Assembly (NCBI GenBank): GCA_040954595.2 | Contig: CM082577.2 | Span: 19,380,303 to 19,444,302 of the forward strand | Source of the DNA: Balanoglossus misakiensis | Lineage: Eukaryota; Animalia; Hemichordata | Direction: 5' to 3' | Length of the DNA stretch: 64,000 nt | Shown here: positions 26,301 to 38,959 of the stretch, in pieces | Numbering within the stretch: position 1 is the stretch's first letter | How the letters are laid out: every line of letters starts with the position of its first letter | Program-made: the position numbers and the translations under genes | The notes under the pieces: model-generated | The model's database searches: none | Told to the model about the DNA's origin: nothing | The model's input: only the letters and a program-made list of their open reading frames with translations

Positions 26301-27454
26301 GGACCAAAATACTAGTAACACGCCCGATTCGGGGGTCACCTGTGACACCTGTGTAACTCAATTATGTGCATGCGTAATTGTGGAGTCAATGATAGGGATG
26401 CTAGCGTGGTATTTGTTGCACATGGATCAATTTGAAGTCCGATTTTCCTGTCAAGTTATGGGCGACCTTATGTGACATTTCACCTACTTTTGCTTAGTGA
26501 GCATCTACAGCAGATGCATGCAGCTTTGGCGTTGGGGGTGGGGGTGGGGGTGGGGGGGGGGTGGGGGGGCATATACGGATGGGACCATAATGATATACCA
26601 AAGGCGGGGTCCCCTGTTGCACCTGCCTAAGTCATTGATTTTGTACATTTAATTGGACACTAACCAACAGGGCAATATGTGTGGTTTTTGTTCCACAGGG
26701 ACGAATGTAAGTGTCAGTTTGTTTTTGCCCAAATTGATTTGGATGACCTATGTCGTACAGTGCCATATCTCAGCCCGTTGTACAGGTGCAGCTTTGGTAT
26801 TTGGAGGGATGAAACTATCATGAAATGTCAAATACAGGGGGATACCTGCGACACCTGCTTGATTCATGTATTACGTGCATACCTAATGGTAGACAAAGTG
26901 AAATGGTTGCAAATGTAGGATTTGTTGCACATGACATAAACAGGAATGAACATTTTTTGTCAAATTTTTGGGTGACCTCAGGTGTCCATTGACCTGCTTT
27001 CCATATGTTAGCACGCACATCATATATAGCCAGGTGTTTGGAGGGGTAGGGTAGGACCCTCTGCGTCATGAAATGCTAAATTCCTGGGGCCACCTGTAAC
27101 TTACTCGCGTAACTCATTATTATGGCCATATCTAATTTGACAAACTCAAACAGCGAGGATTTTCCGTTGTCTTGAATATGAACCAAATAAGAATCCTAAT
27201 TTTTGGCCCAATTTTTGGGTACCCTCAGCTGACCTTTGAAGTATACTTACTGAAGTACTTACAACGTAGAAGTTCAACTTTGGTTGTTGTGTTTGTACTT
27301 GTAAGACATCCATTTCGGGTGGTTGCCTACTTCCCCATATCTCTATATCCAGAGCAAATACAGCCTACGCATTTGAATGGTACAACCCTGAAAGGAGTCT
27401 AATTGTTATTAACTCTATGCTTGGGCCCCTTCAATGCTGCTTGCAGCTTTTAAT
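17391..27454 (+). mobile_element. Helentron-type non-autonomous element family B, copy 1, inserted in the Gypsy protease region
   Basis: Head aggggaccaag(..)tccccttctgttattgct at 17391, body resumes at ~25451, tail cttgggcccc + palindrome gctgcttgcagc at ~27420-27448. It splits the codons ATAQL|DTGAT at a TT-containing site. An inverted copy lies at 43818-50571. Confidence 0.8.
17428..25452 (+). repeat. Head-to-tail array of Helentron-type family A monomers with ~240-bp internal core repeats
   Basis: 5' hairpin agggcacaagcc-aagca-ggcttgtgccct at 17428, 17485, 18870, 19578. 3' subTIR + palindrome gcttgtgcccgtcatcgctgcttgcagctatatt at ~18835, 19540, 20688, 23696, 25417. An inverted block lies at ~21287-22465. 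Confidence 0.85.
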
Positions 27455-27989
27455 TGTGCAGTTGCTTTCGAAGGATATTTCGTGTGAAATGTCATCGGCA
27501 CCATGAATGCGGATCATGTCTTGGATCGATTCGCTGCTCCGATGCGATGGGCGGTGAAAATAGAACCATCAGAATCGCTTTCACTTCCTTCATGCTTTGC
27601 TGTATGATGAACTTTTCTGTTCTTGTGGTCTTGTCTGGCTTTGCGTGCACCTTGACATACCGCTGCAAAATGGTTGAGCTTTCCACATTTGTTGCAAGTC
27701 TTTCCATATGCTTGACATTTTGCTTTGTCTCTATCGTGTGACGTTCCACAATATTTGCACAAACTTGCTGCATTCGGTTTCGAGGTTGTTGCGTATCTTG
27801 CTGGACGAAATGGTTTTGCTGTCTTTGGCTTGCTGCGTGTGTTGCTATAGCGATGCTGCTTTTGTGCGCTGTAAACTGTGTCATGAGTTTCAGCTGTGCC
27901 TTTCAGCTGTTCTCTGTGCTCTCTAGACAGTTCACTAGCTCTAAGTGCTTCAATACATCGTGTCAAATCTGGAACTGGGCGTTCTCTCA
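27455..27989 (-). pseudogene. Gypsy 1 gag, C-terminal part with zinc knuckles
   Basis: CKYCGTSH...CQAYGKTCNKCGKLNHFAAVC. It continues in frame from DRLL|RERP across the Academ insertion. Confidence 0.9.
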
Positions 27990-28340
27990 CAGCCCGAATG
28001 CAGGTCAGCCATTTGACCGTTAATTGCCCAGTTTTCTAGTTCTGGTGACGCCCTCAACGTTCCGTCGTACACACAGCCAGAAGTGGCATGCGAAAGTCCC
28101 GCGCTTTTTTTAATGCCAAATTATCAAGCAGGGACGGCAGTTGAATGACTCAAACTGATAAAAAGGCCAAAATTATATCTAAGCTACATATCTGTATGTT
28201 TTTTGTTGGAAAAAAACATGTTTTCTTTGCAAAAATGAGCAAATTACGGAGTGACCCCAGAACAACTAAAATCAAAACACGCCGCACTTCCGGGTTTTTA
28301 CAAACTGCCGCACTTTTATATAAAAATGAATTTTTAAATT

Positions 28341-29512
28341 GGCCGTGTCTATTGACACGCGCGTGTCAATAGCCAGTGCTTGTCGGGCCGGCTATTGACA
28401 CGCGCGTGTCAATAGCCAGTGCATAGGGGGCCGGCTATTGACACGCGGGGACTTTAATATTCTCAAATTATTGCCGATTTTTGAAAACCAAAGCACATTT
28501 CACATAGTCCATTAAATGATTCGTCTTTTCTTCCCCGAAAATCAGATGAAACGAAGTGCAAAATTCCGAAAGTCAAAGCAGAATGTCATAGTTCTTCTAC
28601 CCGTTCTACGCGTGTACGCCTGCCGATTCTAAGCTTATCTCCTGACCGTGACACGACTTTTATAAAGCAATGCACATTCCGTATCCTCCGTTGCGAGGTG
28701 TAAAATAAAGAAAATCCAAGTACATGTATTTCGAAGTATGTCAGACTGCACTGGGCAATACGTCATTTTCGTTGCTTCAACCAGGAAAAATCTGACTGCT
28801 AGTGCTATGGCATGAAAATGTTAATTTCGGTAATACACGTCATTGCACTGGACCCTGCAAGGCATGCATTTGGGGACTAAGTAAGTTGTCACACCACGGT
28901 TCAAGTTGTAACGTATTTCCCAACAAGCAATGAATTTGTTCATCATGAAAAAATCTCTCAATTCAAACGAAACATTTTACAGTATGTCCGCGCTGTTGAG
29001 GTCAGCGTCGCGGTGAGTGTGTCCCTCTGTGTGCAGCGGCCGTAGTGCATGAACAGTAAAACAATCGTAGCGATGCTCAGAAATATTTCAGAAATTTGCA
29101 CTTCCTTTCATCTACATTTTCGGCGGAAAAGATAAGTCCTCCAATGGAAAATGTGCATTACTTTATAAAAGTCGGCAGTAAAATGGAGGGAAAATCCCCG
29201 TGTCACGGTCAGGAGATAAGCTTAGAATCGGCAGGCGTACACGCGTAGAACGGGTAGAAGAACTATGACATACGCTTTGACTTTCGGAATTTTGCACTAC
29301 GTTTCATCTGATTTTCGGGGAAGAAAAGACGAATCATTTAATGGACTATGTGAAATGTGCCTTGGTTTTCAAAAATCGGCAATAATTTGAGAATATTAAA
29401 GTCCCCGCGTGTCAATAGCCGGCCCCCTATGCACTGGCTATTGACACGCGCGTGTCAATAGCCGGCCCGACAAGCACTGGCTATTGACACGCGCGTGTCA
29501 ATAGACACTCCG
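28341..29512. mobile_element. MULE/MuDR-like fold-back MITE
   Basis: ~310-bp near-perfect TIRs containing repeated ctattgacacgcgcgtgtcaatag palindromes. 9-bp TSD TTTTAAATT at 28332-28340 and 29513-29521. Confidence 0.8.
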
Positions 29513-30841
29513 TTTTAAATTTAAACATAATTTTCAGTGAATTCGATACATCTTGTAATAAAATTAAAAAAATCATGATGCAACCCCCAGAGGTATTCGC
29601 TCAAGAGCTCCTTAAACTTAGCCCATATTGTGACGCAACAGCCTCAGAGTAGCTCATAGCTTTGCATGTACTCGGTCGATTTGTATCGCCGAACTGTTGC
29701 TCTGCAGAGTCTGCAATCATCAAATTTTCATTGTGTCGAAATTGGCTAGCATGTGGCTGGCATGATCTCTGTATTCCAGCGTATAAATCTTGTACTGCCT
29801 CCCCTTGCTCTCTCCCCGTTCTGAACACAGAACAGTTTGTGGAGAGTGGAAGGCCAAAGTCACAGGGGGCCTAGTTGAGGATTTCACTCGTAGTAGGCCT
29901 AAGTCGTACAGCTCGTACTGCCTAAATCGTGGACGCGGTCAATTACAAAAGCTTGCTCTCAATAAACATAACTTCAGTCATTTCTTTTCTTTTGACACTG
30001 TTCTCAAGTCTTCAAAATATGAATCACTGTGGCAATCAAGATGAACCGCGGACATACGTGCATGTACACAGTGCCCTTAGCTCTGCGTGGCAGCCGGGGC
30101 TTTGTGTGTACGTCTGCGGTGATAAAACACTCAGCCCAGCCAATTCCAAGCAGAGCTAACAGTGCCCGTAACACTCGACCGTAGCATCGGCAATAATACA
30201 CTGAAAATTGACATTGCAAATCGTAGGAGTATATCTGTAGGAACAGAGTCATACACAGTTTTACAGTAATTTAATTTTTTTTATTATATCCAAGAAAGTG
30301 TGGCCCGTTCCACGGTCACTAGACAAAACATAGACCCTAGGGTCTACGGACAAAACAATCGCGCAGTTCACTTCACATCGTGAAAACTGGCTGCGCCTGC
30401 ACGAAACGCGGAAGTCGAGCCGTGTCACGGAAAGTGCAAGGTTCACAAGAAAGCGCCGCACTTTTTTATAAAACGTCTGAAACACTTCAAATTTTGCCTA
30501 GCGTTAGATTGATAAATAACCTAACTCGTTATGTAAAAACTGTCGGGGAACCTTAAATATTTCTTAAAATACGGATAGGTGAACTTGATAAATGTCACAA
30601 TAACTCACCGGAAAATGAAGGGTTCACGAGAAAGTGCAGCACTTTTATATAAAACGTCCGAAACACTTCAAATTTTACACAGCTTTAAACTGATAAATTA
30701 CCTAACTTGCGGTGTGAAGATTATCGTGCAACCTCCAATATTTCTTGAGATACGGGTCGGTAAACTTGAAAAACATCACAATACCTCCGTTTTTCATTCA
30801 CGGTCGATCGTGGGAAAAAACGTCTACAACCCAATCCCACC

Positions 30842-31281
30842 TAGTCTAGAATCTATCCGTTCGTAGTCGCATTCACCCTACTACCGTCTAGGAACGCATA
30901 ACCAAAATCTAGTAAGGCCATAAAAATGGTAATTTGAATGTGAATAGTCTCCAACTGAGCAGTCTGACGTCAGAGAAGTCAATCACTTACGTTGACTGAC
31001 TACTGATTGGCCGTTGATGGCATGGGTGTTTCTTCATTATTATTCATATATGCCCAATTATGGATCATGTTGCGGCTGCATTGACAATCGCTGGAAATTC
31101 GCATGTAGCTCCGCCCCGAATGATACATAATCATGATCACTGGTGACGCTTGACGTCAGATTGCTCAGTTGGAGACTATTCACATTCAAATTACCATTTT
31201 TATGGCCTTACTAGATTTTGGTTATGCGTTCCTAGACGGTAGTAGGGTGAATGCGACTACGAACGGATAGATTCTAGACTA
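30842..31281. mobile_element. AcademH-like MITE
   Basis: ~130-bp near-perfect TIRs tagtctagaatctatccg... 9-bp TSD AATCCCACC at 30833-30841 and 31282-31290. Confidence 0.88.
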
Positions 31282-31502
31282 AATCCCACCATGCTTAAGG
31301 CGCGATAATCTGCCAACATATCCGTACGATTCTAGTTTTATCGATACTGTTGTCATTTCAAGGTAAAGACTCTCCAATCGGACAAAATCGCCCGTGTTTT
31401 CTGAAGGTTAGCGCAACAACATAAATAAGTCCCCATTTTGAAAATAGTCACGTGACTTTTTCCAATAAACGCCCTCATCGTTGGGTGGTTGCGTTCGGGC
31501 TA

Positions 31503-32051
31503 TCAACAATCTGTCTCTGGTGTGCGAATCATGAGTGCTCATAACCAGCCTGTCTCTGATAAGACTGTCATTCAGCGTTGAGAATTCGCATGACTCTGCA
31601 AGCTGGCGTAGTCGTACCACATACTGATCAATGGATTCATTTTCACCCTTTCGAACAGTAAATGCTTTTGTGGCTTGAAATGTCTTGTGAGTTCCTGCAG
31701 TATTCGTTCTGGATTTTTCTTATCTGTTTCGGATAAGGTGGTAAGGCTATTCATTACCTTGACGCATTCCATCCCCATCACACTGCAAAGTGCGCCTGCT
31801 TGAACTTCGTCAAGTTTATCTTTGAGTTCAGTGGCAGTGATGTAATGGTTGAACCGTTCCAGGCCGTTTTGAAGTTGTCCCAATTCGTGGAAACGTCCCC
31901 TTTCACATTCATGGGCTGTGGCGCTGGTATCTGATACGTAGACATATCGACGAATTATGAGGTTGCTACTCACGCTGGGTCGATTTTTCTTAGTGTCCGT
32001 ACTTGTCGACGCTGTGTTGACAATATGGCTGCTCGGGCTGCTGACGTACAC
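31503..32051 (-). pseudogene. Gypsy 1 gag, N-terminal part (frameshifted)
   Basis: ELKDKLDEVQAGALCSVMG...HFKPQKHLLFER and LRQLAESCEF..DSLIRDRLV are gag motifs. Confidence 0.85.
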
Positions 32052-32213
32052 GAAACGTATGTGCGTCCGGTCACGTAGGCACCTATAATCTGCTGCTCAG
32101 ATGGGCTACTTCGGGCGTTTTTCTTCTGAGAAAATCGTATTAATTTTGCGTCGCTGCTGTCTATTTTTCTTCTCAGGCTTGTCTTACCGCTTCGTGCACC
32201 ACTCCTGACACCA

Positions 32214-32582
32214 TGTTATGTTGTGGGTTTACAGAACAACCATCGGATGGACACTGCTTTAGTGGAACATTAACAACAACTTTAAAGGTATACAGTCACC
32301 TCCAATTTTCATATTTATACATGTACCCATATATGGCTGAAATGGCGTACTTGAGCGTTCTAAAGAACATACGGTGGCGCTCTTTTTTTCGCGTGTGCCA
32401 CCCACTGAAAATCTGCGATTGGCTAGATCTCAATTTGCCATGGTAACTACAGCTAATTTTCCCTTGGTGACCGTATACCTTTAATCGGCCATGTCAGCAA
32501 CTTACAAAGAACATGTAATCATGGGAGTGACCTGTGACCTCAGGACCGTACCACTGTAATACAGGTAAGTATCCTCATAACA
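32214..32582 (-). repeat. 5' LTR of Gypsy 1, interrupted by a TTAA MITE
   Basis: Matches 15557-15726 once 32286-32484 is removed. Adjacent to the PBS. Confidence 0.95.
32286..32480. mobile_element. Kolobok-like MITE
   Basis: TIR aggtatacagtcacc / ggtgaccgtatacct with a duplicated TTAA. The empty site is visible in the other LTR. Confidence 0.85.
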
Positions 32583-32611
32583 ACTGCACTGGCCAATAGA
32601 ACTATTGCACC

Positions 32612-32720
32612 CACAGGGAACTCAGGCTCATAGTTGTGGTAAAATGAATAAAAACATAGTTTTATTATTATTATTATGAATAAAAAATGGAAAAAATATT
32701 AAAAATTATTATTATTATTA

Positions 32721-32751
<31 letters not shown>

Positions 32752-33054
32752 TTGAAATTTAGCGATTCCGATGTTGACTTGGTGTTTTTTTGGCGAGTGA
32801 AAATCAGTTGGGTATGAGACAAGTTGCATCCCTTGTCTTTTTTTAGGTAGCGTGTTAGGGAGAAGACAGAATGCATAGGTATGTTGGATTTTAACACATG
32901 ATAGATAACAAGAACTACTACAAATATAATAATAATAATAATTAATAATAATAATAATAATTTTTAATATTTTTTCCATTTTTTATTCATAATAATAATA
33001 ATAAAACTATGTTTTTATTCATTTTACCACAACTATGAGCCTGAGTTCCCTGTG
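32612..33054. mobile_element. P-superfamily-like MITE with (ATT)n-containing TIRs
   Basis: ~130-bp TIRs starting CACAGGGAACTCAGG. 7-bp TSD TTGCACC at 32605-32611 and 33055-33061. Confidence 0.8.
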
Positions 33055-33061
33055 TTGCACC

Positions 33062-34151
33062 GACCAGAATTCTACAAAACGATGTGGCCATAGCTATAGT
33101 GGTATAGGTATAGATTTCATTAAAAAAATTAATATACAAGAATTGATCGATTTTTCATATTATTTTTTCCCATTGGAACTGATTGTCGGAAGGTAGGCTA
33201 GTTGCACACTAAATTTGAAGCTGATCAGCCCAGCGGATGTTGAGATATTGGGCATAAATCAAAATTCCTTGGTAGCCATAGCTTAACTATGGAAAGTATA
33301 GGTAAATGGCTGGATCCAATGGTCATGAAAAATATGAAAAATAATGCTTTAAAAATCTTCTTCTCAAAATCGGGAAGGACTTGGACATTGAAATTTGGCA
33401 TACAGGACCCTGTTCATATGGTCCACAAAGTTAGCTCACAGAATTTTGATTCGTCATTTTTATGAGACCAATTTTAAAGTTTCAATCCAAGATGGCTGCC
33501 AGAGATAAGCAGTCACAGGTGACCCCCATTTTTGGCTTTTCAATTTTAGTCCCAACCCTGCAAACGCCAAGTCTGAACCTGCTCTGGACGCCGAGATATA
33601 GGAAAGTAGGTCAAAGGTCACCTGAGGTCACCCAAAATTTGGGCAAAATTTTTTGACCCCAAACTGGTCCATATCCCACAAGAACAAAACCTCTAGCCCT
33701 AATAGTTTGCCTGGAATTAGGTATGCACATAATTAATGAGTTAAGCAGGTGTTACGGGTGAGCCCAAAATTTATATAGAGAGTCAGTGTACAGGACCATT
33801 GCAAGGACGTGGACATAGCATCATAGCTTAACAATAGAAAGTATAGGCCTATGCCTGGGTCCAAAAATATGAAAAATAATATTTAAAATCTTCTTCTCAA
33901 AATAGACTTGGCCCACGGCCTTGACATTTGGCATGTAGGACACTGACTACATGGTCAGCAAAAGTTGCTAACAGAATTTTGATAGCTCCATTCATATGCA
34001 AATTAGGCCCATTTGAAAACTTTGCCCATATATGGTCATCAGCCGTTTTCAAGATCTAGCTCACCAAAAAAACAACACAAGAAGAAGACAGCAGAAGAAA
34101 AAAACTAACAAAACCAATAGGGCCCAAGCGCCTGAGGGCGCTTGGGCCCTA
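33062..34151 (-). mobile_element. Helentron-type family A-related copy
   Basis: Reverse complement of the array monomer, with head hairpin agggcccaagcgcc-tga-gggcgcttgggccct at ~34119-34150. Confidence 0.75.
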
Positions 34152-34206
34152 AAAACAACACGATTTCAAGAGGGTTTCGAGACCCTCTTGAAATCGTGTT
34201 GTTTTT
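34151..34206. repeat. Perfect 25-bp-arm hairpin
   Basis: aaaaacaacacgatttcaagagggt-ttcgag-accctcttgaaatcgtgttgttttt. Confidence 0.9.
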
Positions 34207-34416
34207 AAGACAAGGACTGACTACTATGTAAGCGACTAATTTAATAACGTTTTTAGCCACTTTTCAATAATAAAAAACTAACAAAGCCTGTGATAGTAAA
34301 TAATAATATTAATAATTTATTTATAAAGCGGCAATCTCCACAAAAAAGTGATCACAGCCGCTGAAAGATGTATTACAATAAAAGGATAACAACAAAACAA
34401 AATCTAATCAATTACT

Positions 34417-34672
34417 TTTAAATGTTTATATGGAGCTGGCCCACAATATCTGGAAGATTTAATAAGTGTTTATGTACCTAGGCGAAACCTTTGTTCTGCC
34501 AATGATTTTAAACTAAATACATTCATGACCAAAACAAAAAAGTATGGTGAGAGGGCTTTCTGTTCTGCAGCCCCATTTTTATGGAACGAGCTTCCAGTGA
34601 ATATTCCTTCTTGTAACAATTTTAATACTTTTAAACGCATGCTTAAGACTCGCCTTTTTAAGTTAGCTTACT
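34417..34672 (+). mobile_element. L2/CR1-group LINE ORF2 C-terminal fragment
   Basis: Translates PQYLEDLISVYVPRRNLCSA...YGERAFCSAAPFLWNELP...FKRMLKTRLF, a typical L2-clade C-terminus. Confidence 0.8.
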
Positions 34673-34898
34673 GTATAATTAAAATCTTGTAAGTGATACT
34701 CTAGTGAACAGGTAGCCAGTGTAAATCCTGCAGAAATGTTGTTATATGATCAGAATGATTTGACCGAGTTATAACTCTGGTTGCTACATTTTGAACATGC
34801 TGAATGTGATTGATCAAATAAAGTGGTAATTAAGCCATACAATAATGAAATACAAGAATCGATACGTGAGGAGACAAGCGAATGGATAAGTTGTTCAG

Positions 34899-35993
34899 TA
34901 GTGGGGCAGTTAACCAAAAAATCGTGCACTTTGGGTTAAAAGCATGAAACTTGGTAGACGTAAACATTGACCCATGGCGGCCATTTTCTTATATGGATCC
35001 AGAATGACAGCGCCAGAAACAGACATTAATACTTTTAAATCGTGCACTTCGGTTTAAACAGTCGCATCGATGACCCATATTAGGAGTTGCTTATTAGCAT
35101 AAAAATTAACATATCATTAATATGTAGAACGCGATCTGACCAATGACGCGCCCTGAAAGCCGCGTCTCTCACCCATTTCCCCGCCCTTTGTTAAGAAAAT
35201 CACGACCTTTTCTTTTCAAATGTAAATTTTAGGGTCAAATACGCTGTTTGGGGATATCCCGTCAATTGAAAATAAGAAAGTACGAGTCAAACTTGCTACC
35301 GGGTCAATAAGAAAAATTTTCACCAGTGCTTTTGTGAAAAATTTAATTTTGATTTTGGCGTCTACGCTATTTTTTGAGGATTTCGCCTGAAAGACAGCGT
35401 TATTAGACAGAGCATGTAGATTGAAGGCGTTCATCGAGAGTCAAGGTTTCTTAGTGACGGTGATCACCTGACTTGTCTACTAGCTAGTATATCACCACGC
35501 ACAGCAACCAAAGCAAAATAAAGCGACATGCACCCCAAAAGACATACATGTACTAGTATACTGTTAGACAGTTACATGTAAACAACGCCGTTGAAATATG
35601 ATGCGGACGCCTGGAAAAGAGTCAACCTCAGGAAATCAGTTGCACAAAGTCATGCACATGTTTCTGTAGGTGCTGTAGGTCTAGTCTGACAGCAGTGCTC
35701 TGTGTTACTGTCATCAAGATTGATCTGATACATGTACACCAGGATTAGGATAATATACAGAGGAATGTATGGTAGCAAGCATGTTTTACAACCCATATTC
35801 CTGTGTCTGAGTGTTAAACTTGACCAAAAAGGGCCATTTATGGGGGGAAAAGTGTGAATGTCAGTTTCTAGCCACTAGAGGGCGCTGTATTGGAAAATGT
35901 CCGCCATGGGTCAATGCATAAATGTACCAAGTTTCATGCTTTTAACCCAAAGTGCACAATTGTGCCAAAATTTGGGGTTAAGCTCCTGCACTA
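34899..35993. mobile_element. TIR element with TAG..CTA ends (Academ-like)
   Basis: The inverted sequence gtgcactttgggttaaaagcatgaaacttggta / taccaagtttcatgcttttaacccaaagtgcac lies near both ends. No clear TSD. Confidence 0.6.
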
Positions 35994-36955
35994 ATCACAC
36001 GCATAGGTCACAAACACAAAGTGAGTACTCTTTTCACATCAGCTGGGTAGTTTGCAAGAGGTTAAGCATGCAACTCAGAAATCTTGAAGTCCTTTTTCTG
36101 TCACAGTACAAATTATCTCTCATCCCCCCCCCCCCTTCCCACCCTAACTCAAAGCCAAACACCCCCACCAATATGCTGGGTTGCAGAATTGGATTGACGG
36201 ACAGAAGTTGACACCGGAAGAAACTGATATTCAGATTCAAGGCATGTATACACTTCGAAGCATTATACTAGGCAGCTATAGGCCTATGTTGCCTAACGCA
36301 ATATGCTCCATTTAGCAGTATCTAAATAATATATTCTGCATTTTTCACATCCAGAAATGGATTAGGTCCGTTTAGTGAGAACTGGTTCTCAATGAAACCC
36401 ATACAGCTGTCTAGATTTGCATTATTTTTTAAAAATTCAAATTTAATTTAAATGAGCTATAACAGATGGGAAACATTAAATGTAGGGGCAGTTTTTGCCA
36501 TCCATGGTCAAAAATCGTTATCTATGAAACAAACTGTCAAATTCCCTGGAGATTGGGTAGGTACATTATTTTTCTTTAGCTAGAGGGAGTCCTTTGTATA
36601 CTAGTATAGTGTGGGACATTCAAAGTTTTTCATCTCACAATTTTATGTTGTTGAACTGTAGTGTGCACTGTCAACTCTTAGTCACTATGTTACAAATATG
36701 ATTCTAGGACTATATACTGTGTCACACATATGCACATCAGTTTTTTAGTTCAGGAGATATGTTTGCAACTTTGGTGAAAACGTTTTCATCATCCAAAGTG
36801 TTTGTCTGATTGTTATTGAAAGTCGATATGTTGGGTCCTATACCTTATTTGTTCAAAATGAAATAACTTTTTTTTGGGGGGGGGGGTGTGGGGTGTAAGT
36901 TTTCAGGTTTTGTGTAATGTAGGATTCATATGAATATCAGTCTGTTTTTTGTTAA

Positions 36956-37307
36956 AGGGACATTAGCTGTATCTTTTGGCTTTATTATCAGTATTTGTGT
37001 TCTGTGTACCAAATGCAATTTTGTCCTCTAATCAAAACCGCATGGTAATGGACCCAATACCCCACTTGTCAACACAGCCTGTACGTGTGTATAACTGCCA
37101 TTGTTGTTGTTGACAAATGAAATCTAGTCCGGACTAGAATACAAACAAATTTTGCACAATAACGATGCCAACTAACTATTTATAGTTTGTGTTAATAATC
37201 TGGTTACTGTGCAATTCATATCTTTCAGGAATTTGAACAAGAAACTGCAGTAGATACACAAAACAAACATTTTGAAAACATAGTGAAAAGTTACAGCTAA
37301 TGGAGCT
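36956..37307. mobile_element. Kolobok-like MITE
   Basis: Imperfect TIR agggacattagctgtatctttt / aaaagttacagctaatggagct flanked by TTAA on both sides. Confidence 0.6.
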
Positions 37308-38959
37308 TTAAAATATAACCACCAGACAGTGGTTAAATGAAATATACCCCAGAAACAGCATTTTATCACTCCCTAGAAATACTCTCACACTCCACATACA
37401 GAGAGAATCACAATAAAATCCATATCATATTTCAAATGAATATTATTTGAAGTGACAGAAAAAATTCCTGATATCTAAATCTTGTACTCCATGTCTGTTG
37501 TTTGTGCATTTAACTTGTATATTAACATTCGGGCAAATATGACAGTGCATTTATGCTCTACTTAACCGCGGCTTGTATAAATTAAAACAGACACTCAACC
37601 ACTTACAATGATGTATTTGTGGCCATGTTGCTCTGACCACAAGATTGATGATGCCCAAGCCGCAGGCGAGGGTATCATCAATATTATGGTCAGAGAGCAC
37701 CAGCCCGAGGGCAGGCATCAAATCATGATGTTGCCCTCGCCATCATGTGTTATTCTTTAAATAAAACCACCAATACATTCACATAAGTTGTGTAGACTTT
37801 ACCTTGTCACCCAACAGTTCCCTCACATACTAAATCAATTCCATCATTCACTATTATTCAAGGAAAGTAATATACCAGGTCCCAGACAGTGATGCTACAG
37901 GCATGCAGAACATTTATTAAGTGTAACTGTGCAGCTGCAGGCATGCTACATGCATGCAGAACATCAGTGTAACTGTGGTGCTGCATTCTAGGTACATGTC
38001 AGTTGCAACTGCCATGCTGCATTACTGCGGCTACTTTATAGTTACATTGCTGTTCTGCAGGGCTGTTAAACATGGTGCATGACAGCTACATGCATGTTAA
38101 ACTTTGGTTGTGTAGTGGTGAATAAAAGTGCAATTGCACTTAAAATGACATGAGGCAGAATTATTGAAATTGCAATGAATTAATCTTATAAAACAGCTTT
38201 GAAATTTAGTTCCTAGGGGTTCTACCAGATTTGTTCAAACTGACCTTCTACCCAGAGATGACACATGCACACGAGAATAGCAATCCACCATGGTTTTATT
38301 TTAAAAGTTGTGTTCATGAGCAGCACAAAAATTACATTTCAATTCAAAATCAGTCATTTAGTTTTCTTTATTTTGATTGACATTTTCCTCTTGACTTGGC
38401 TACCGACATTTATTTTTCTTTTCCTTTTCTCCACAGCCATATGATGGACAGACTTGGAACCCTGCAACATGAAAAACAGAATGACTCTTCACACATATCC
38501 AACATGGTTTGTACTTTGTGTACATAGTGTAAATCCTGACATTGTAAACTTATTGTTTGTTTAAGCACAGTCCCTCAAGAAAGACGGTCAGGAATCGCCT
38601 ATTGTTCGGACGTGTGATCGAGAGGATTAGCTGTAGGATGCACATTATGGTCACGTGACCATCTTATAGTTGCGCTTTTTCCTTGGAAGCAAAAAATGCA
38701 TTTTTCAAATTCGATAGCCATTGTCAATCTTCTAGTTAAGTTGAATTGTATAAACACCATCCGTTGTTTACTACAATTTTGTATCGGGTAACTTTCAAAC
38801 CAAGTGGACAAGTAGTTTGGGAGAAAATCAAAGATAATTACAAAAACACTTGCTAAATATTGAAAATTTCTAACATCAGAATTTCATAAAATTTGTATAT
38901 TGCATGTCTTATGAACTTGCATCCCAAATTCCAACGCAATCAGACAAAAACCTGGGTCA

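Larger units (their letters stand above)
27990..31502. mobile_element. Non-autonomous Academ-type DNA transposon inserted in gag
   Basis: Ends cagcccgaatgca / tgcgttcgggcta. 3-bp TSD TCA at 27987-27989 and 31503-31505. Removing it restores the gag reading frame. Confidence 0.85.
15557..32582 (-). mobile_element. Gypsy LTR retrotransposon 1, internally deleted and expanded by nested insertions
   Basis: 170-bp TG..CA LTRs at 15557-15726 and 32214-32582 (the latter with a MITE). TSD ACTGC on both sides, PBS TGGTGTCAGGAGTGG (tRNA-Leu-like) at ~32199-32213, PPT at ~15727-15740. Gene order is gag-PR-RT-IN. Confidence 0.95.

Noticed and set aside
17389-27402. Many 60-130-aa ORFs in the Helentron arrays
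   Set aside because: They are recurrent translations of non-coding repeats with inconsistent frames and no domain motifs.
38438-38507. Possible plus-strand exon after a strong polypyrimidine acceptor
   Set aside because: Weak donor, no recognisable protein and no partner exons.
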